A stretch of 64,000 nucleotides of DNA, from the IMG/VR virus record IMGVR_UViG_3300032293_001294, positions 11,710-75,709 of that record; one strand, written 5' to 3'. This DNA comes from a virus. Each line of letters opens with the position of its first letter. The stretch's first letter is position 1. Under the pieces are notes generated by a model, which ran no database searches, was not told where the DNA came from, and saw only the letters and a program-made list of their open reading frames with translations. Below, piece after piece: positions 33,801 to 48,800 of the stretch. The translations under genes and the position numbers were made by a program.

Positions 33801-36800
33801 ACTGTTAATTAAATCTTTATATTGTTTAACTGCACCATTAAATGTAGCGTAGTTTAAATTATCTTGCAGCTCTTCACTTACTTTATTCATAGCTTCTCTA
33901 CTAATTTCTTCAATAGGTGCTTGTAAATGTTCCATTGTAGGATCATCGTTTATAGCAAGTTTTAATTGAAGATTATTTTCATCAACAGATTTATTGATTT
34001 CATCTTTAGTTGGGAAATCTTCTCTGGTTAATAATTTTTTATTACCAAATTCATCTGTTCTATAATACCCTTCTTCAAAGTTATTAATGTTACTGAAGAA
34101 ATTAAATATAATCTTTTCTTCATTTTCATATTTACTATTAAAGGTTTTTTGGAAATCAGCATCAGCATATCTAAAGTTAAATATTTTAATGTTAACAATG
34201 TTATTAATAACATTATCTTTTGATGTGGTAAATTTTTCTTCCCCAATATAATTTCTTCTTACAACTGCTGTAACAGAGTCAATGTAATCAACAAAGTCTA
34301 CAAGTTTATAGAATGGAATATCATGTGTATCAAAGAATTGAATAGCTTTTTCTAAATCTTTTAACTTTAAATTCTTTGGATTATCTAAACCTTTGTTTAA
34401 TTCTTTTACATTGTTTATTAATTCTACAATAAGTGTGTCAGGGACAAACATATTAAATAAGAATACTTTTGCTTTTTGTTTTATTACTTTATCTAAATCT
34501 GATTTAGCATCTGCAACTTTTGTATAAGAATCTGAAATTAAAACTTGTCTTCCTGGATTTTCTTCAAACCATTTTTTATTAACTTCACTCTTAGATGTAC
34601 GTTTTAATGTATTATCAAAACGTTCATTCATTTCTCTGTCTAGATTAATAGCCATACCAAACAAACTATCATTGTCATTACTACCAATAATAACTTTTCT
34701 TCTTGCAGATTTTTCAATTAGTTTTTTCGTCTTATCTAATATACGTTTGGAAGCATCTGCTGCTTTTACTTCTTGACCATAGTGTTTAGGCAAGTCAATA
34801 GGTTCTTGAATTAAGAATGACATTCTATTTTGTGCAAGTCTTTCAATAATTTGTTGATTAAAGTATTCATTTAATAATGTTTCTGGGAGTACTTCAGATT
34901 TAGAACTTAAGTAATTTTTCATAACATTAACATCTACGAAGTAACGCATAGCAATTTCTTTTATAAAGTTTAAGTTTAATTTTTTCTTTGTTAAATCAGA
35001 TAGATCTTTAGAATTAAAAATACTTAAATACTCTTCAATAACAGGGTCGTTTTGTTTTGATGTTGATTTAAGCCAATCTTTAACTTCTTGCACTTCTAAA
35101 GTTTTATCAGTGTCTACTAAACTTAATGCTTTTAAATAAAAGTCTTTTAATTTTTTAAGTTCTTCTGCACCAGTTTTAACTTTATTTTTAACAATTAATA
35201 TATCATCTATGATTTCATTAATATCATCTTTGTAAATATCATAGAATTCTTTTTCAAAATTAGTAGCTATTCTAGATCTTAATACATCCGAAAACCAGTA
35301 AGCATTTATAAAGTAATTATAAAATTTATATTTAGAATCAAAATTTTCTTGAACAGCATCTTTTAATACAACTTCTCCTTCTACTTCTCTTGTGTTCTCT
35401 TCGTTTTGTAAAAGCTTTTGATACTCTTGATTGGATTCATTAACCCATGAGTCGTATTCATTTTTACTTAATGAATTAGATTTTAAAGCCAAAGCTTGTA
35501 ATAAAGAGTCAAATGTAATTGCGCCATCTGTATCAATAGCACCTATTTGTTCCCAGAAATAACCATACTTTAACTTGTTAATTGTTTTATACGTTGATAA
35601 GTGCGAAGAACTAAATTGACTCTTACGTTCAGAACCTACTCCTGGAATCGTTGTTTTACCTGCACGAACACGTTCAGTTGTTGTAATGTGTGTTTCATAA
35701 TAAGAAAGGATATTAACTAAATATTCGTATACTTTAGAATATTCAGTTGTGCCAATTAATTCTTTGTTATTTAAAATATCACGTTCTTCTTTATCTAAAA
35801 CCTTACTGTATATTTTAATTAAAGTATCAGGAATTTCAATGTTAGGAACTTGTTTAACAATCTTAGTTTCAACTTTTTCTTTTGTTTTAAATAAATCTCC
35901 AATAGTTTTTTCAATCAAAGGAAGATACTTAACATCTTCAAGACTACTAAATCTAGAACCAATACCAGCAATCTTGCCTTGTAATAAAGGAGCATTATTA
36001 ATCTTAGACCAAGTAAGTTTACCAGTAGATACAAACCATTGGTTTTGTTTAGGATCAAAAACATACACAGGTTTACCTAACTCTTGTGACATAGCTACGC
36101 CCCAACCAGTACCACCATCTACTGTGCCATCATTTTTTAAATACCCGGCAGCAACAATTGTGTCTGCATCATTAATAATAAAGTGATTTCTTATTTGTAA
36201 TAACTTTGTTATAGGATTAGTTGGAACATTTTTGTTTAATAATGCAGCAGCTTTAACTACAGCTTTTTCTGCTGTTTTAACTTCAACATCGCTCATATCA
36301 TTAACAGACATACTAAGAACAAAATTAGGTTGATCTTTAGGTTTGTCAACATCTCTGGCTACGTATACATTTGTCTTAATATTATTTTCACGTGCAAACT
36401 TTTGGAACAAACTATCAGAACCTGGAGCATTGCCACTACTTAATTGTACAAATGGTTGACCTTTAACTTTAACGTCAACTTTTTTAATGTCATTTTCAGG
36501 TTTAACTTTCCCGTATATAACCTTTTTATTTTTAATTAAATCTTCAATACTATATAGTTTATCTATAAAGTCTTTGTTATTATTATAATATTTTAATAGC
36601 AGATCTTGATTTTCATAATCTTTAAGACTTGTAATAACACCACCAAAGTTTTCACCTTTGTTTTTTAATTTAATATGAGCATTAACAAATGTTTTTAATA
36701 AGCTTGCAAAATTTGGATTGTTCTTTTCTTGATCTAAAGATTTAATTTCTTTACGATTAGTTTCAAAATAATCCATCAATTGATTTAATAGATTGGCTTC

Positions 36801-39800
36801 TTGAATAAAGTCATATCTTTCAATAGTCAAATACTCTTGATTGCTTCTGATAACTTTAGGAATAGCATACTTACCTACAATATTTCTTTCAAATTTATAG
36901 GTTATTCTTTGTGGATATTTTAAATCATGGACAATATTGTAGTCTACAAAACCAGGCATAATACTTTGTACCAGTTTTTCAATACTATCTTTAGGACTAA
37001 TAGTGTAATCTGGAATGTCGTTTTCTAAACTTCCAAAAAACTCTGTATCTGATTTTTCTAAATAACTTACAAGATTAACTACCTTACCTTGATCCTTAAT
37101 TTGTTTTTCATCAAGCGTATAGTAGTTATAATCTGTAGCTAAAAGCGGACGTAAAGGTGCGTCTTTACCTTCAATAGCATCTAAACCTACTATAGCCATA
37201 CCAAAAGCGTCACCGTCAGTATCAGCACCCATCATTGGATAACCGAATCCATTAACATAAGTTGCTGCTGACTTACTAAAACCAATAACTTTATACACAG
37301 GAACAGCGTTATAGTCTTGTTGTGGCGAACGGCTGCTTAATAAGTAAGCATATGTTTGATAGAACTTGTAATTAGTTCTTAATAACTTCTTAAGTTTTTC
37401 TTTATAATTAATGACAGGTCCTACAGCGTCCCAAAGTTTTTTGTTATCAGCTTCTAATAACCCGCGAGAATTTAAGAAATCTTCACGATCTTTACTATCT
37501 GTTAAGGTTAGTAAATGTTCTACATAATAGTTTATCTTTTCACTATCTGTAAGTTCTTCTACACCTATAATATTCTTTTGTTCTTTATTTCTATTTTGTA
37601 AAACACTCCAACCACTTGCAGGTATTACAATTTCACCGACATCTAGTGTTCTATCCAAAGCAAACTGCGCACGTATACCGCTTAATGTTTTAAACGACGC
37701 TTTATAGAATGCACTTTCCTTACCACTATAAAGTTTATCTGGAATATTAGCATCGGTATTCTTAACTAAAATATCTATTTCACTTTCGTAATACTTCTTC
37801 ATAGCAGGATCAACACTATTATTTAACATGCTTAAAAGTCTTACATACTTAATACCATTGGTATAAATAAGATTGTGGATAAGTTTATCCGCATATAACT
37901 TTTCTAAGTTATCTATTAATCCTTGTTCTTTTTTCTTAGTTATATTATCTTTAGTAACATTTAAAGTATTTAAAATATAATCTGAAAATCCTAGTATTCT
38001 TGGACGTGCTAGATTCTTAGCATTTGTTTGATCAAATGCAAATACTCTATTAAAATCATTTAAACCAATTTTGTTAAGTATTAATTGTAATGCAGCAGGA
38101 CCTATGGTTTGTCCAGTATCAACGTTGCTGTTATCATCTAATATATTAAATACAAACTTACCAATTGTCTTTGTATTAGATTCAGTATATTGAGCTTGTG
38201 GGTTATTCTCATGGTCAGCCATAACGTAGACGTTTCCTCTGACAAAAGAACCAGTCTTTAAATTAATGGTAGCGTAACGTCGTTCTAATAATTTATATGC
38301 GTCTAATTTTGCAGTATTAATATCTTGATAGGTTAATGGTTTATTTTGTAGACGAGACTTAGCAATAACAATAGGAACTTTAATTGGTGGTAGTTTATCA
38401 ATATCAGGATTGTTTTTAACATCATCAATTAAAACCCATTGATAGATATCATTTAAATCAAAACGAGCGTTTCCTTTTGCGTCATAAAAACTAGTTAAAG
38501 ATTTAATTTGATCTTTATATTTAAATAAAAGATTACTTAATCCTTCTAATTCATCTTGTGTTTTATAATATTTATTAATTAAAATACCATCTTCATTAAT
38601 GTTCTTTTTAAACGTTGCGTTTAAATACTCTTTGATTTCAGGAATATCAAATACTTCTTTTATTCTAGACGGTACAACTGCTTTACCATCTTGGTATGTT
38701 TCATTGTTTAAATAACTTGTTATATAGTTATATAACATTTCTACATACATACCTGATGTTCCACGTTTTGTTACAGACTCTGCGTTTGATAAGAAGAAAG
38801 CACCATATGTTTTATGTAGATCTTGTATAGGATAGATAGTACCTTTAAAACCGTGGTGTGTACCTAACCAAATTTTAGCTGACAATTCATAGCCAAATTC
38901 TTTTAAGAAATCAGCATCAACACCAATTGTATCAAGACCAACACGTGGATCATTAACCATTACAATAGGTAAAACTGTACCAAATTGATGTAGTTCAGCA
39001 TCTGCTTTATAGTTTTGGTACATTTCAGCACTCATAACGTTAGGCATAAATAATTGTGAATATTTATTACCAAACTTTCTAATAAATTTATTTCTTAAAT
39101 CAGGACTTAATGGATTTTTATTTATAAACGTTTCCATTAATTTTTTACCTGGGGCAACTTTATCAGGTATTTCTTTATACATACGATTAAGTAAACCAAT
39201 AGTAGTATACGTAGCCATTAAATGCTTAGCATGTAATTGTGTACGAATAGGGTTATCATTCATCGCAAATGGGAAGTTAAATGGAAGTCTTGGTTTTAGT
39301 TTATACACAACAGCTGTACTTGCTTCTGAGTTTAATTCTAAAGAAATATTATTTTCATCCAACCATTTATGATCAATATGTTCTAAATTATAGTCATAAC
39401 TATACTCATCACTAATTTGGTTGACTAAAGAACCACGTTCAAGGGCATTGTATTTAGAAGTAATTCTATTATAAATACCATTATAAACTTCTTTTAAATT
39501 AATATTCTTAATACCTTTATCATTAAGTAAGTTAATTTGATTAATAACAGCTTTTCTAATTATCTTGCTGATATTAGTAATCTTTAAATATCTATCACTT
39601 GCACCAAACTGTTCGTACGGGAATACTTCGCCTTCATTCTTTATTAAATAATTTAATAAAATATCAATTGCGTTTTTACTAGAATCAATTACTTCACCTT
39701 TTTCATTTATATCAGGTATTAAATATTCTTTAGGTATATTATCTGGTCCTAATACGTACTCAGGTTTTCCACCTTTAGGTTGGAAGTAAAACTGACTTTG

Positions 39801-42800
39801 CATATTTTTTAAAGTGTCAATTGCTTGGCTATCTAAGTTACCTTCGTCATCTAATTTAAAAACTTTAGTCATTAATTTTTCATCAGGTCTATTCATGTAT
39901 TCATTATCTTTTGTAGTATAAACATACTTTAATTCTAGTTTTAAAGTCTTATTTATGTTATCAAATGTAGCTGTATTAATTCTGTTATAAACTTCATCGT
40001 ATACAAAATACTTTGTAATAGGACCAAAAGGCCTTGAAAAGATTCTATTTGGTACTTGTCTTAATACACTAATGTCGTCACCTTTTCTAGGTTCTTCATA
40101 TTCTATTTCAATATTTAAATTCTTTTTACGTGGAGATTTGTCGATTTCTTTTTTATCAATACGAGTAGAAGCCAACGTTTGGTATTGTTCAAGAGACATT
40201 CTATCGCTAGAAGGAACTCCTTTTATAATTTCTGTAATGGTTCTTTCCATTGCATTATCTACGTTTGTTTCTTGTACACCAACTTCTTTTAGAATATTTG
40301 TATAGTACACACTTAAAACATTTTCGTTTATTTTTCCAATGTCATTAGCTTTATAATTAGTTAAAAAATTAATACTGTTTTGTAAGGATTCTAATTTTTG
40401 ATTAATAATACTGACAAAGATATCTTTATCATAGAAGAAAGTTCTACTGTCGTATAAATCGTCTAAGGTATACTTAGAGAAGTTTTCAATAGATCTAATA
40501 TCATTTATGTTTTTAAATAATCTAAACAACGTTGTTTGATTACGATCAAAGAAGTTTTTATTATTAGAATCATTCGTTAACGATAACAAATATTTATTAA
40601 TATCTTGTAAGTTTACTTTAATTTCTTGTTTGTTACTATCTAGATAATACCAATAAGACTGTTCTTTATTATATTTATATTCAAATATTTCTATGTTTTT
40701 TCCAAGACCTAGCGCTTTATACTTAACAAGGTTATCATTTACAATCTTAAAGTTATTTTCTAATTCTTTTAAATAAATATCTAAATCAGATTTTTGTTGG
40801 TTTTTAAGTACAGTTAATTCTTTATTTAAGATATCACGTACAGCTTCATCATCGATAGAAGTTCTGCCTTTAAAGATTAAATCAATTTGATTTTGTAGTG
40901 CAGCTATTGCAGACTTTTGCTTAGTCGGATCTTTAATAACATCGATAACTGATTCATCAAATACTTTTAACATTAGACTTTCTTGTTTGCTTAGATCTTT
41001 TTCTTGTCTTATAAAACCAAGTAAGTTATTTAAATTACTTATCAAATCATTTAATTTCTTATTGGTTTGGTCTATTCTATTTTCCATAACCCCTAGATTA
41101 GATAACCCAATAACATTATTTAAAACAACTTTTGGATTATTCAAAGCAATCTTAATACTAGATAAACTAGTGCTATTATCTTCTGCAATTTTTCTTGCAG
41201 CTGAAAGCATTTCTTCTAAGATAACATTTCTTTCTTTAGTTAATCCTACTTGGCTAATTACTTGTGTATCATTTGAAGGATCACCATTTAATAAAGTTTC
41301 AATTTCAGATTTTAGTTCGTTTATACGTTTAACTTTTTCTGCTTTTCTTTCTTTAGTAGCTTGAATAATTTCATCTTTGGTTTTACCTTTTTCAAGCATA
41401 GCAATTAAATCATTTTTAGCAGCTTTAGCTAATTCAATTGTTTTTAATTTTTTACCGTAGTCTATTTCAATATCTTTTAACTCTAGGTCTTTACCATACG
41501 TAGCGTATACATGCTTAGTAATTTCTTTCTTAAGCGTGGTATTAGCATCATCTTTATTAAAAGTAACAAGGTTATTTGGACCTCCAACAATTAAACGATC
41601 AAAAGTATTTGGTGCGTTTTCTACAAATTTAGTAACAGCATCTAAAATTATCTTATGAATTTGTACTGTTTGTTGATCTGTACTATAACTGTTTAAAAAC
41701 TTTATAGCCAAAGTATTAATAACTTTTTCTTTTATTTTTGGGTCTCTGTTGATAACGTATTTTTCTAATTCATTTGAAACATTACCCAATTCACCATCAT
41801 TAAAGTCTAAAAGTTTCTTTTTTAATTCATCATTAAAAATATAATCAGTATCATACAGTGCTTCTTTAGTAAATTCATTTAGTTCAAGCTTCCACTTAGC
41901 TCTAATAGCCTGCTCAATAAGTTCACCAACTGCATCCAGCTCTTGTGGTTTAGCTTCTAAAGAATTTTTATTAGCAAGAATTTTGTTTTCTAATCTACTA
42001 ATAATTAATTCAAGTTGTTTTTTGTATTCTTTATTACGTTCAATATCATTGAGTTTAGGATCAATGTTTTTTAATACATTATTAATAGAGTTATCTTCTT
42101 TAATACTACGATAGTATTCGTTAACAACAAGCTTCTTACCAACTTGACTAATAAAGTTTTGTATAATACCAAAGTCAAACTTATTACCGTTGTGTGCGAC
42201 AATCTTAAAGTTATTTTCTACACCAATAATTTGGATAAATGCACGTATAAAGTTGTCGTTGTTTTGTTTAGTACTAACAGTTTCAATTAATTTATTAAGT
42301 TTTTCTCTAGCTTTTAATTCAAGTTGTTCGTCGTTTAAAATTAAACCATCATTTTCCCATTGTTTTTTCCAAACTTCATTCTTTTGGAAACGATAAAATT
42401 CTTCAATTTCTTTTGTATAACTACCGTCTTCATTAATAGCGTTATAAAATAACGAGCTGTTAATGTATGCGTTATGAATTTGCAACTCACCATTCTTATC
42501 GATATATAACATACTCATTTGATATGGAAATTCTTGTCCATTTTGTTTGTATGTTTCAATATCAATAACAGCAAACTCATCGGTAAGTCCTTTTTCTTTA
42601 AGAACATTCTTTTGATGAATATAGTTTAAAGCAGTAGGCATAATATCAACTAAAGAATCGTGTAAAGCAAATTCACCTTCTGTATTAACCTTATTAATTA
42701 AAGATTCTTTGGTGTATCCTTTTGTTTTACTAGTAATAATTTCGGCAACTTTTTCTAATACTTCTTGGTTATTTTTTGTATCTTTTAATTGATCTTTATA

Positions 42801-45800
42801 GTACTGCTTAAACAATTCAAGGTTACTTAATTTTTTACCTACAAACTCTAGTTCAGATTTATAAGAAGTTTCGCTAGCTTTCTCGGCTTTTAAAACATCT
42901 TCTTGTTTAATTGGTAGAGTGTCTTCAACAGTCTTAATAACACCAAGATTACTTTTATAACGATTAATAAGGTTTAAGTATTCATTAGCATCTTTTAATT
43001 TATTATTTATATCTTGTTTTTTATTATTTAGTTCAACAATCTTTGTAGTTTCATTGTTTTCTACAACAAACGATACAAGTTCAGATAGACTAACATTGCT
43101 AGTATCGATCGTATTATCAAATACTTTTTTGTTTAAATTACTATATAAAGCTTTAGTATTAGAAACGTTTAAGTTTATTCTATCTTCAACTTTTTTAACA
43201 CGTTCTTTAGGATCAACAGAAAATATAATACTAGATTTAATGCTTTCATCAATGCTTAGTCTATTCATAAGGCTAACAGATTTGTTTAATATATCTTTAA
43301 TATCTACAACAGTTTTAGAAAGAACCTTATTATACTTATTCTTTAGTTTATTGTTAATGTTATTTTTTAAAGTAGTTGCATAAGATAAATGTTCTGGATT
43401 TTTAAATACAGATAAATCTACTTCAACATCATTAGATCCAAACCCATGCTTAAATACATCTACATTTTTACCGGATGAAGCTTCATCTTCTATATAGTTT
43501 AATATATCTTGGTTGGTTTTTCTTCCTATAGTAGTGTTAATAAAAGATTCTAAACTTCTATATTCAGTTTCAGTTATTTTACCACCTTTAGTAGTAGCTA
43601 ATTCTTGTACTTTATAATCTAATAAAACACTTAATAAGATTTGTTTTTCTGCGTTTTTATCGCTCAAACTAATTAATGCTTTATACGAAGGAATGTTATC
43701 AACTAATTTATTATCTAACGACGTGATCGATGTAATAGCATAACTATCTAAGATATTGATATAATCTTTTAAAGTTAATTTTTTATCTTCTTTATAATTA
43801 GAATCAATTCTATACACATAATCTCTGATTTGTATTCCGAATCCACGTAAAAGCGCTTTGTTTTTTTCAATAGCTTTACTATGATATTTATCGATTTTTG
43901 ATAAAGTACTATCATCAATTGCAATAGACTTAGCATTCGAAACAACGTTTGTTTTTATAAGCTTATTGTATTCTTCAGAACTCTTTAATAATGCAGGCAA
44001 CATGTTTTCAACATTTTCTAAATCATTAAATTCTAGACGTAAACGATTTAGTTCTTCTCTATCTAAACGTTTATTGAATAAAGAAATACTATTAAAGTAG
44101 TTAGTATAGTTGCTTCTTTCTTTTCCTTTAAACTTTTTAAATGTATTTTCTGCAATATCTCTTGCTTTTTTTAAACGTTCTTCTAGATTTGTTTGCTTGC
44201 TCATGTCGTATACAGCTTTTAAATCTTCTAGCGTAGTAATAAACTTGTCTGTACCTGGTACTTTGTAAGCAGCATAAGCATCTTTAAACATGGCAAAGTT
44301 ACTTGCTATATTTTTTCCTTTTGAAATTCTAGTAATTTGGTAAACATTAGAACTTTCAATTTCTTTTATAGTAGCAATACTTTCTAAATACGCTTTGTAC
44401 TCATCTTTAATTCTTTGACTTGTTTTTTTGTTTAACTCAATAACATCGTTATTGATCTTTAATTTTTCTTCTTCAATAGATTTAAAGTATTGTTCATCAA
44501 ATAATTGTTTTAAACCAGGATAAACAATAAACATATTATTAATTAATTCTAGTTTTTCTTTATTAAAAGCTTTTTGTTCAACACTAATAGATTGTTCAAC
44601 AGTATCTAATTCTTTATTAGTATCAAGAATTAAATCCATAGTATTTTGAGTTAACAAAGGAATACTATTAGTATATTTGCCAAACAATTCTTGTTGTGTG
44701 TTTTCACCTAATGTCTTATTTAATATATTAACGTTTTCATTTTTAGTGTTTAAAAGTTTTTTATTGAGTAGATCTAATTCAAGTTTTAAAACTTCTTCTT
44801 TCTTTTCTTCTAAAGTTGTAAAAGATTGCATGGTACGTTTAGGTCCTACTGCAGCTTTGTAAGTGTCAAACCAACGATCCTTACCAAAGAAGTCTTTAGA
44901 ACCTTTAATAAAGTTCATTAAATAAACGTTTTGTAATATTGTGTTTTGTTTTTCTTTAGTTAACTCATTGAAAGTTTTTCCTTGAAGTTTTGCAATAGCT
45001 TCAGCTTTAGTAAGATCGTTTTCATTACTTTCAATAATACGTTCAATTTTAGTATCAACTTGTTTATAACGATATTGTTTATATTTAACATCGTTCTTAA
45101 TTTGTTTATCTATAAACGAAGATAAATCCATCGTAAGTTTTTCAGAGTTACTATAACGGGCTGTATATATAAACCCTAAAATTGCTTTAATATTGTTGTC
45201 ATTAAAGATAATAAAACTTTGATTCTTTTCTGAGAATAATTTAATTTGATCAATTGCGTTTTTAATAACATCATCAAACTCTTTAATTAATACTTCGTCA
45301 GTCTTTACTTTTCCAGATACATCTAAATCTTTACCATGATTTTTTAAGTAGTTTGTTTTCGCATCAAAAATTAACTTATTATAAGTATTAATAAAAAAGT
45401 TAACAGATGCTTTGCTCACACTTAAAGACTTTAAAGCTGTATCAATTTCTGAAGGCTTTATAAATTCTTTATCTTTGTAGTCTGGTTTTAATTCCTTAAA
45501 TAAATCATGCCAAGATTTTCTTAAATCATTATAAACAACCTTACCAGAAGCAACTTGCCAGCTCGGAGAATTATGTTCTGCACTAATATCAGCAATTGCA
45601 TCCTTAGTTAATTGCATTAATTCATAGGTTTTTTCACCAACAAACCCTGCTTCATAGTCTCTATATAAATGCTTATATGCATTGCGTTGATGTCTTCTGA
45701 CAAGTGTTTCTACGTTGTTGTCTTTAAAATAGATACCTTTATAACTAGAATCATATTCATCAAAAGTCTTTAAGTTTTCTTCATCTAATATAATGTTTCC

Positions 45801-48800
45801 TAATCTATCATTTAAGAATGAATTTGTACTTCTAATGTATCGAATGTTTTCAAATCCTTTATTTAACTGGAACTTAACACCAGTTTTTAAAGAACTTCCA
45901 TAGCCAAGAAGATCGTTAATACTGATTGTTTGTAGTTTAATGTTATTAGATTTTGCTTTTATTGATTCTAATTCAAAAGCTTTCTTTATATCATCGTTTG
46001 ATATTTCAGCTTTGCCATCTGTTTTTAACTTTTCTCTAATAAACTTTTCTTTTTGATAGTTAATAAACAACATGAGTAAACTAGCTTTATAAAAGTCTTC
46101 TGTTGTTTCTTTGGTTTTAATATTTGCGTGGGTATTAATAAAATGTTCAATGTCATTGTATCCATCTTTTTGTATTAAAGTAATGACTTCGTCTTGATCT
46201 AAACCAAAAACACTCCAGTTATTAATTGCTTTTTTAAAGTCACTATTATTAGGACGTATTACTTTTCTAAAGTAATTAAAGAATTCTTCGCTATTTTCTA
46301 ATAGATTAATTCTATTAATTTCAAAAATGCGTCTATAAGAAAGCTTCTTTTCTAATTTAGGTTTATCAGCTTTTGCTGCTTCTTTTATTTGATCTCTATA
46401 AAAGTCTTTCTTTTGTAAGTCTTTATCTTCAAAAACTTTTTTAAACTCTTCTATATCAACAGGACTTATTATAGTTTCTCCAAAACCTTTAGAACCTATT
46501 TCAATAACAGTGTCTATTTGACTTTTTGTAAAACCTTTATTTCTTAATTCTTCTTTAATAAGCTCCAGTTTATTTGTTTCGCTAAATACTAAAGGAGTTT
46601 TTGGCGTGTATATTTTTTCATCTTTAGATGAATATAAATAATTGTTAGCACTATCAAGCACACTACCAGCAGCTTGTATTAAGTTTATTTTTTCTTTATC
46701 GTCTAAATCGTAGCCAAACTCACCTTTAATATAATCAACAATATAAGTATCTATAGTTATATCTTCTATATTGTCTACTATATTTTGTCGGTTATTCACT
46801 AAATCTACAACTTCACCTGCATCTTTAAATTTTGTGTAGGTTAAAAAATCTGTTTTATTGCTTATAAACTTTAAATGTTTCTTATTGAATTTATATTTTT
46901 GAGATTTATTAGGCGTGCTTTCAACTTCTTTTTTAAGACTTAAAGCTTGTTTATAAAGATTTAAATTGTATCCAGTTAACTTATCTACACCGATTTGTTG
47001 CCCGTTGCTAACTAATCTATTTAAAACATCGTAATAATTTAAATAAGCTTGGATATCAAAACGATCACCAGGATAACGTTCCATATATTGTCTGATAGAT
47101 ACTAAGTAAGACTTAATAACATAGGCGTAAATTAAGTGATCAGTTATACGATCAGCATTTTTATATCCATTTGGATTGTTTTTAAATATTCTTTGTGCAA
47201 TCGTCTTAAATATTTTTCTTACACTAGGTTCAACACCTACATATTCTTTTAACTTTTCATACAGCTCTTGTGCGTTAATTTTTTGAGTTTGAAAATCATT
47301 AAATACATTCTTTAAAGAAACCATCTTAGCAATACTAATACTCTTATTTTTAACTTTGTCTTTAATCTTCTTATGATTTTTTACACCTTCTTGTATTACA
47401 GTTTGTAAATTGTCTAGATAATATTGTTGTTTTTCTAAGTGTTTCTTTGCATTTATTTCAAAAGTATCTAATACAGTATTTCTCTTTTTTACATCAAACA
47501 TATTACCGAAAGCATCTGAAAGTTTTTCAGTTAACGGCTTGCTTAAAAGTTCGTGTGCAGTTAGTTGGTTTCTAACATTACTAATTGTAACAATCTTAGG
47601 TTGTGCATTTTCAATATGTTCTTTAATAATAGGTACAAGTTCTGTATATGCTTTGTTTTGTGTGCTTTCAACATGAGTAAGTAAATCATTTACAATGTTA
47701 TAAAATCTTTCTAATTTGTTTAAATGCTTTTCATCCATGATATTGTAGTAGCTTAAATCTTTAATATTAATATTGTTTTCATATCTGGATTTAACTGCTT
47801 CTAAACTTTTTACAATCTTATCCCAAACATTTTTGTCTTTAAGATCAGCAACAGTCATAGGATTAACATCTTTTTCTAAGTTATTAATATTATATTCTTT
47901 TGTTAAATACTTACCATTTAAAAAGGTAGATCCGATATATTCTATTTCTAAACCACTATAATCAAACCCTTCAAAGAACTCAAAAAATACAATATTAAAT
48001 AAAGCTTCTTTTTCAGTTTCTTTAAATTGTTCTGTATTGTATAAATCTATTCCTTCGTTATAAAATTTATAGATAGGTACAAATCCTTTTAAATTGTCAT
48101 TAGAGTATAGATTTTTATAGAATGTATTTAAGTTTTTTACAAGTGAACTTGGGTTGCCAAGCTTAGTAATAAGATTTAAATCATTTAACCAACCTTTAAC
48201 TACGCTGCCAATTGTTCTATTAATACTACTTTGAACGTTTATAAACCGTGGTAAAAATTTTACAGTGTCATCGACTTTATATAAATCAATATCAGCATAA
48301 TCTTTTTTATTATTCTTAATATTTTCAATTTCTTTATATTTAGATTCACTTAAAATATATACTTCGAAAACATCGTAAGTATCTTTGTTGCCATTCATGA
48401 GTTGTTTAAATGTTGCACGATCTTCTTCCATGGTTTTTAAAGACCACTTGTTATCTGGAACAATAACAATAGCTCTACCATTATCAGTAATAATAGGTAC
48501 TATATTTTCTTTATAGTCTACTACATATTGATTAAAGTCTTTATCATTTAAAGGTACTTTGTTTTTAATAAGTTCTTCACCAGTCATGGTATTACGCATG
48601 TTTTCCACTCTAGTCTTTAGTTCTTGTTCCCATAAAGATTTGTAAATAACATCAAAAGATTGATTAACTTTTAATCTATTAATAACTTTATTGCGAACGG
48701 CAGTACTATTGTTTCCGTATACGTAGTTAATTAAAAGGTTGTTTAAAGAAGGTATACCTTCTCCAGCATTTTGGATAGTTTTTACTTCAGCTCTTCTAAC

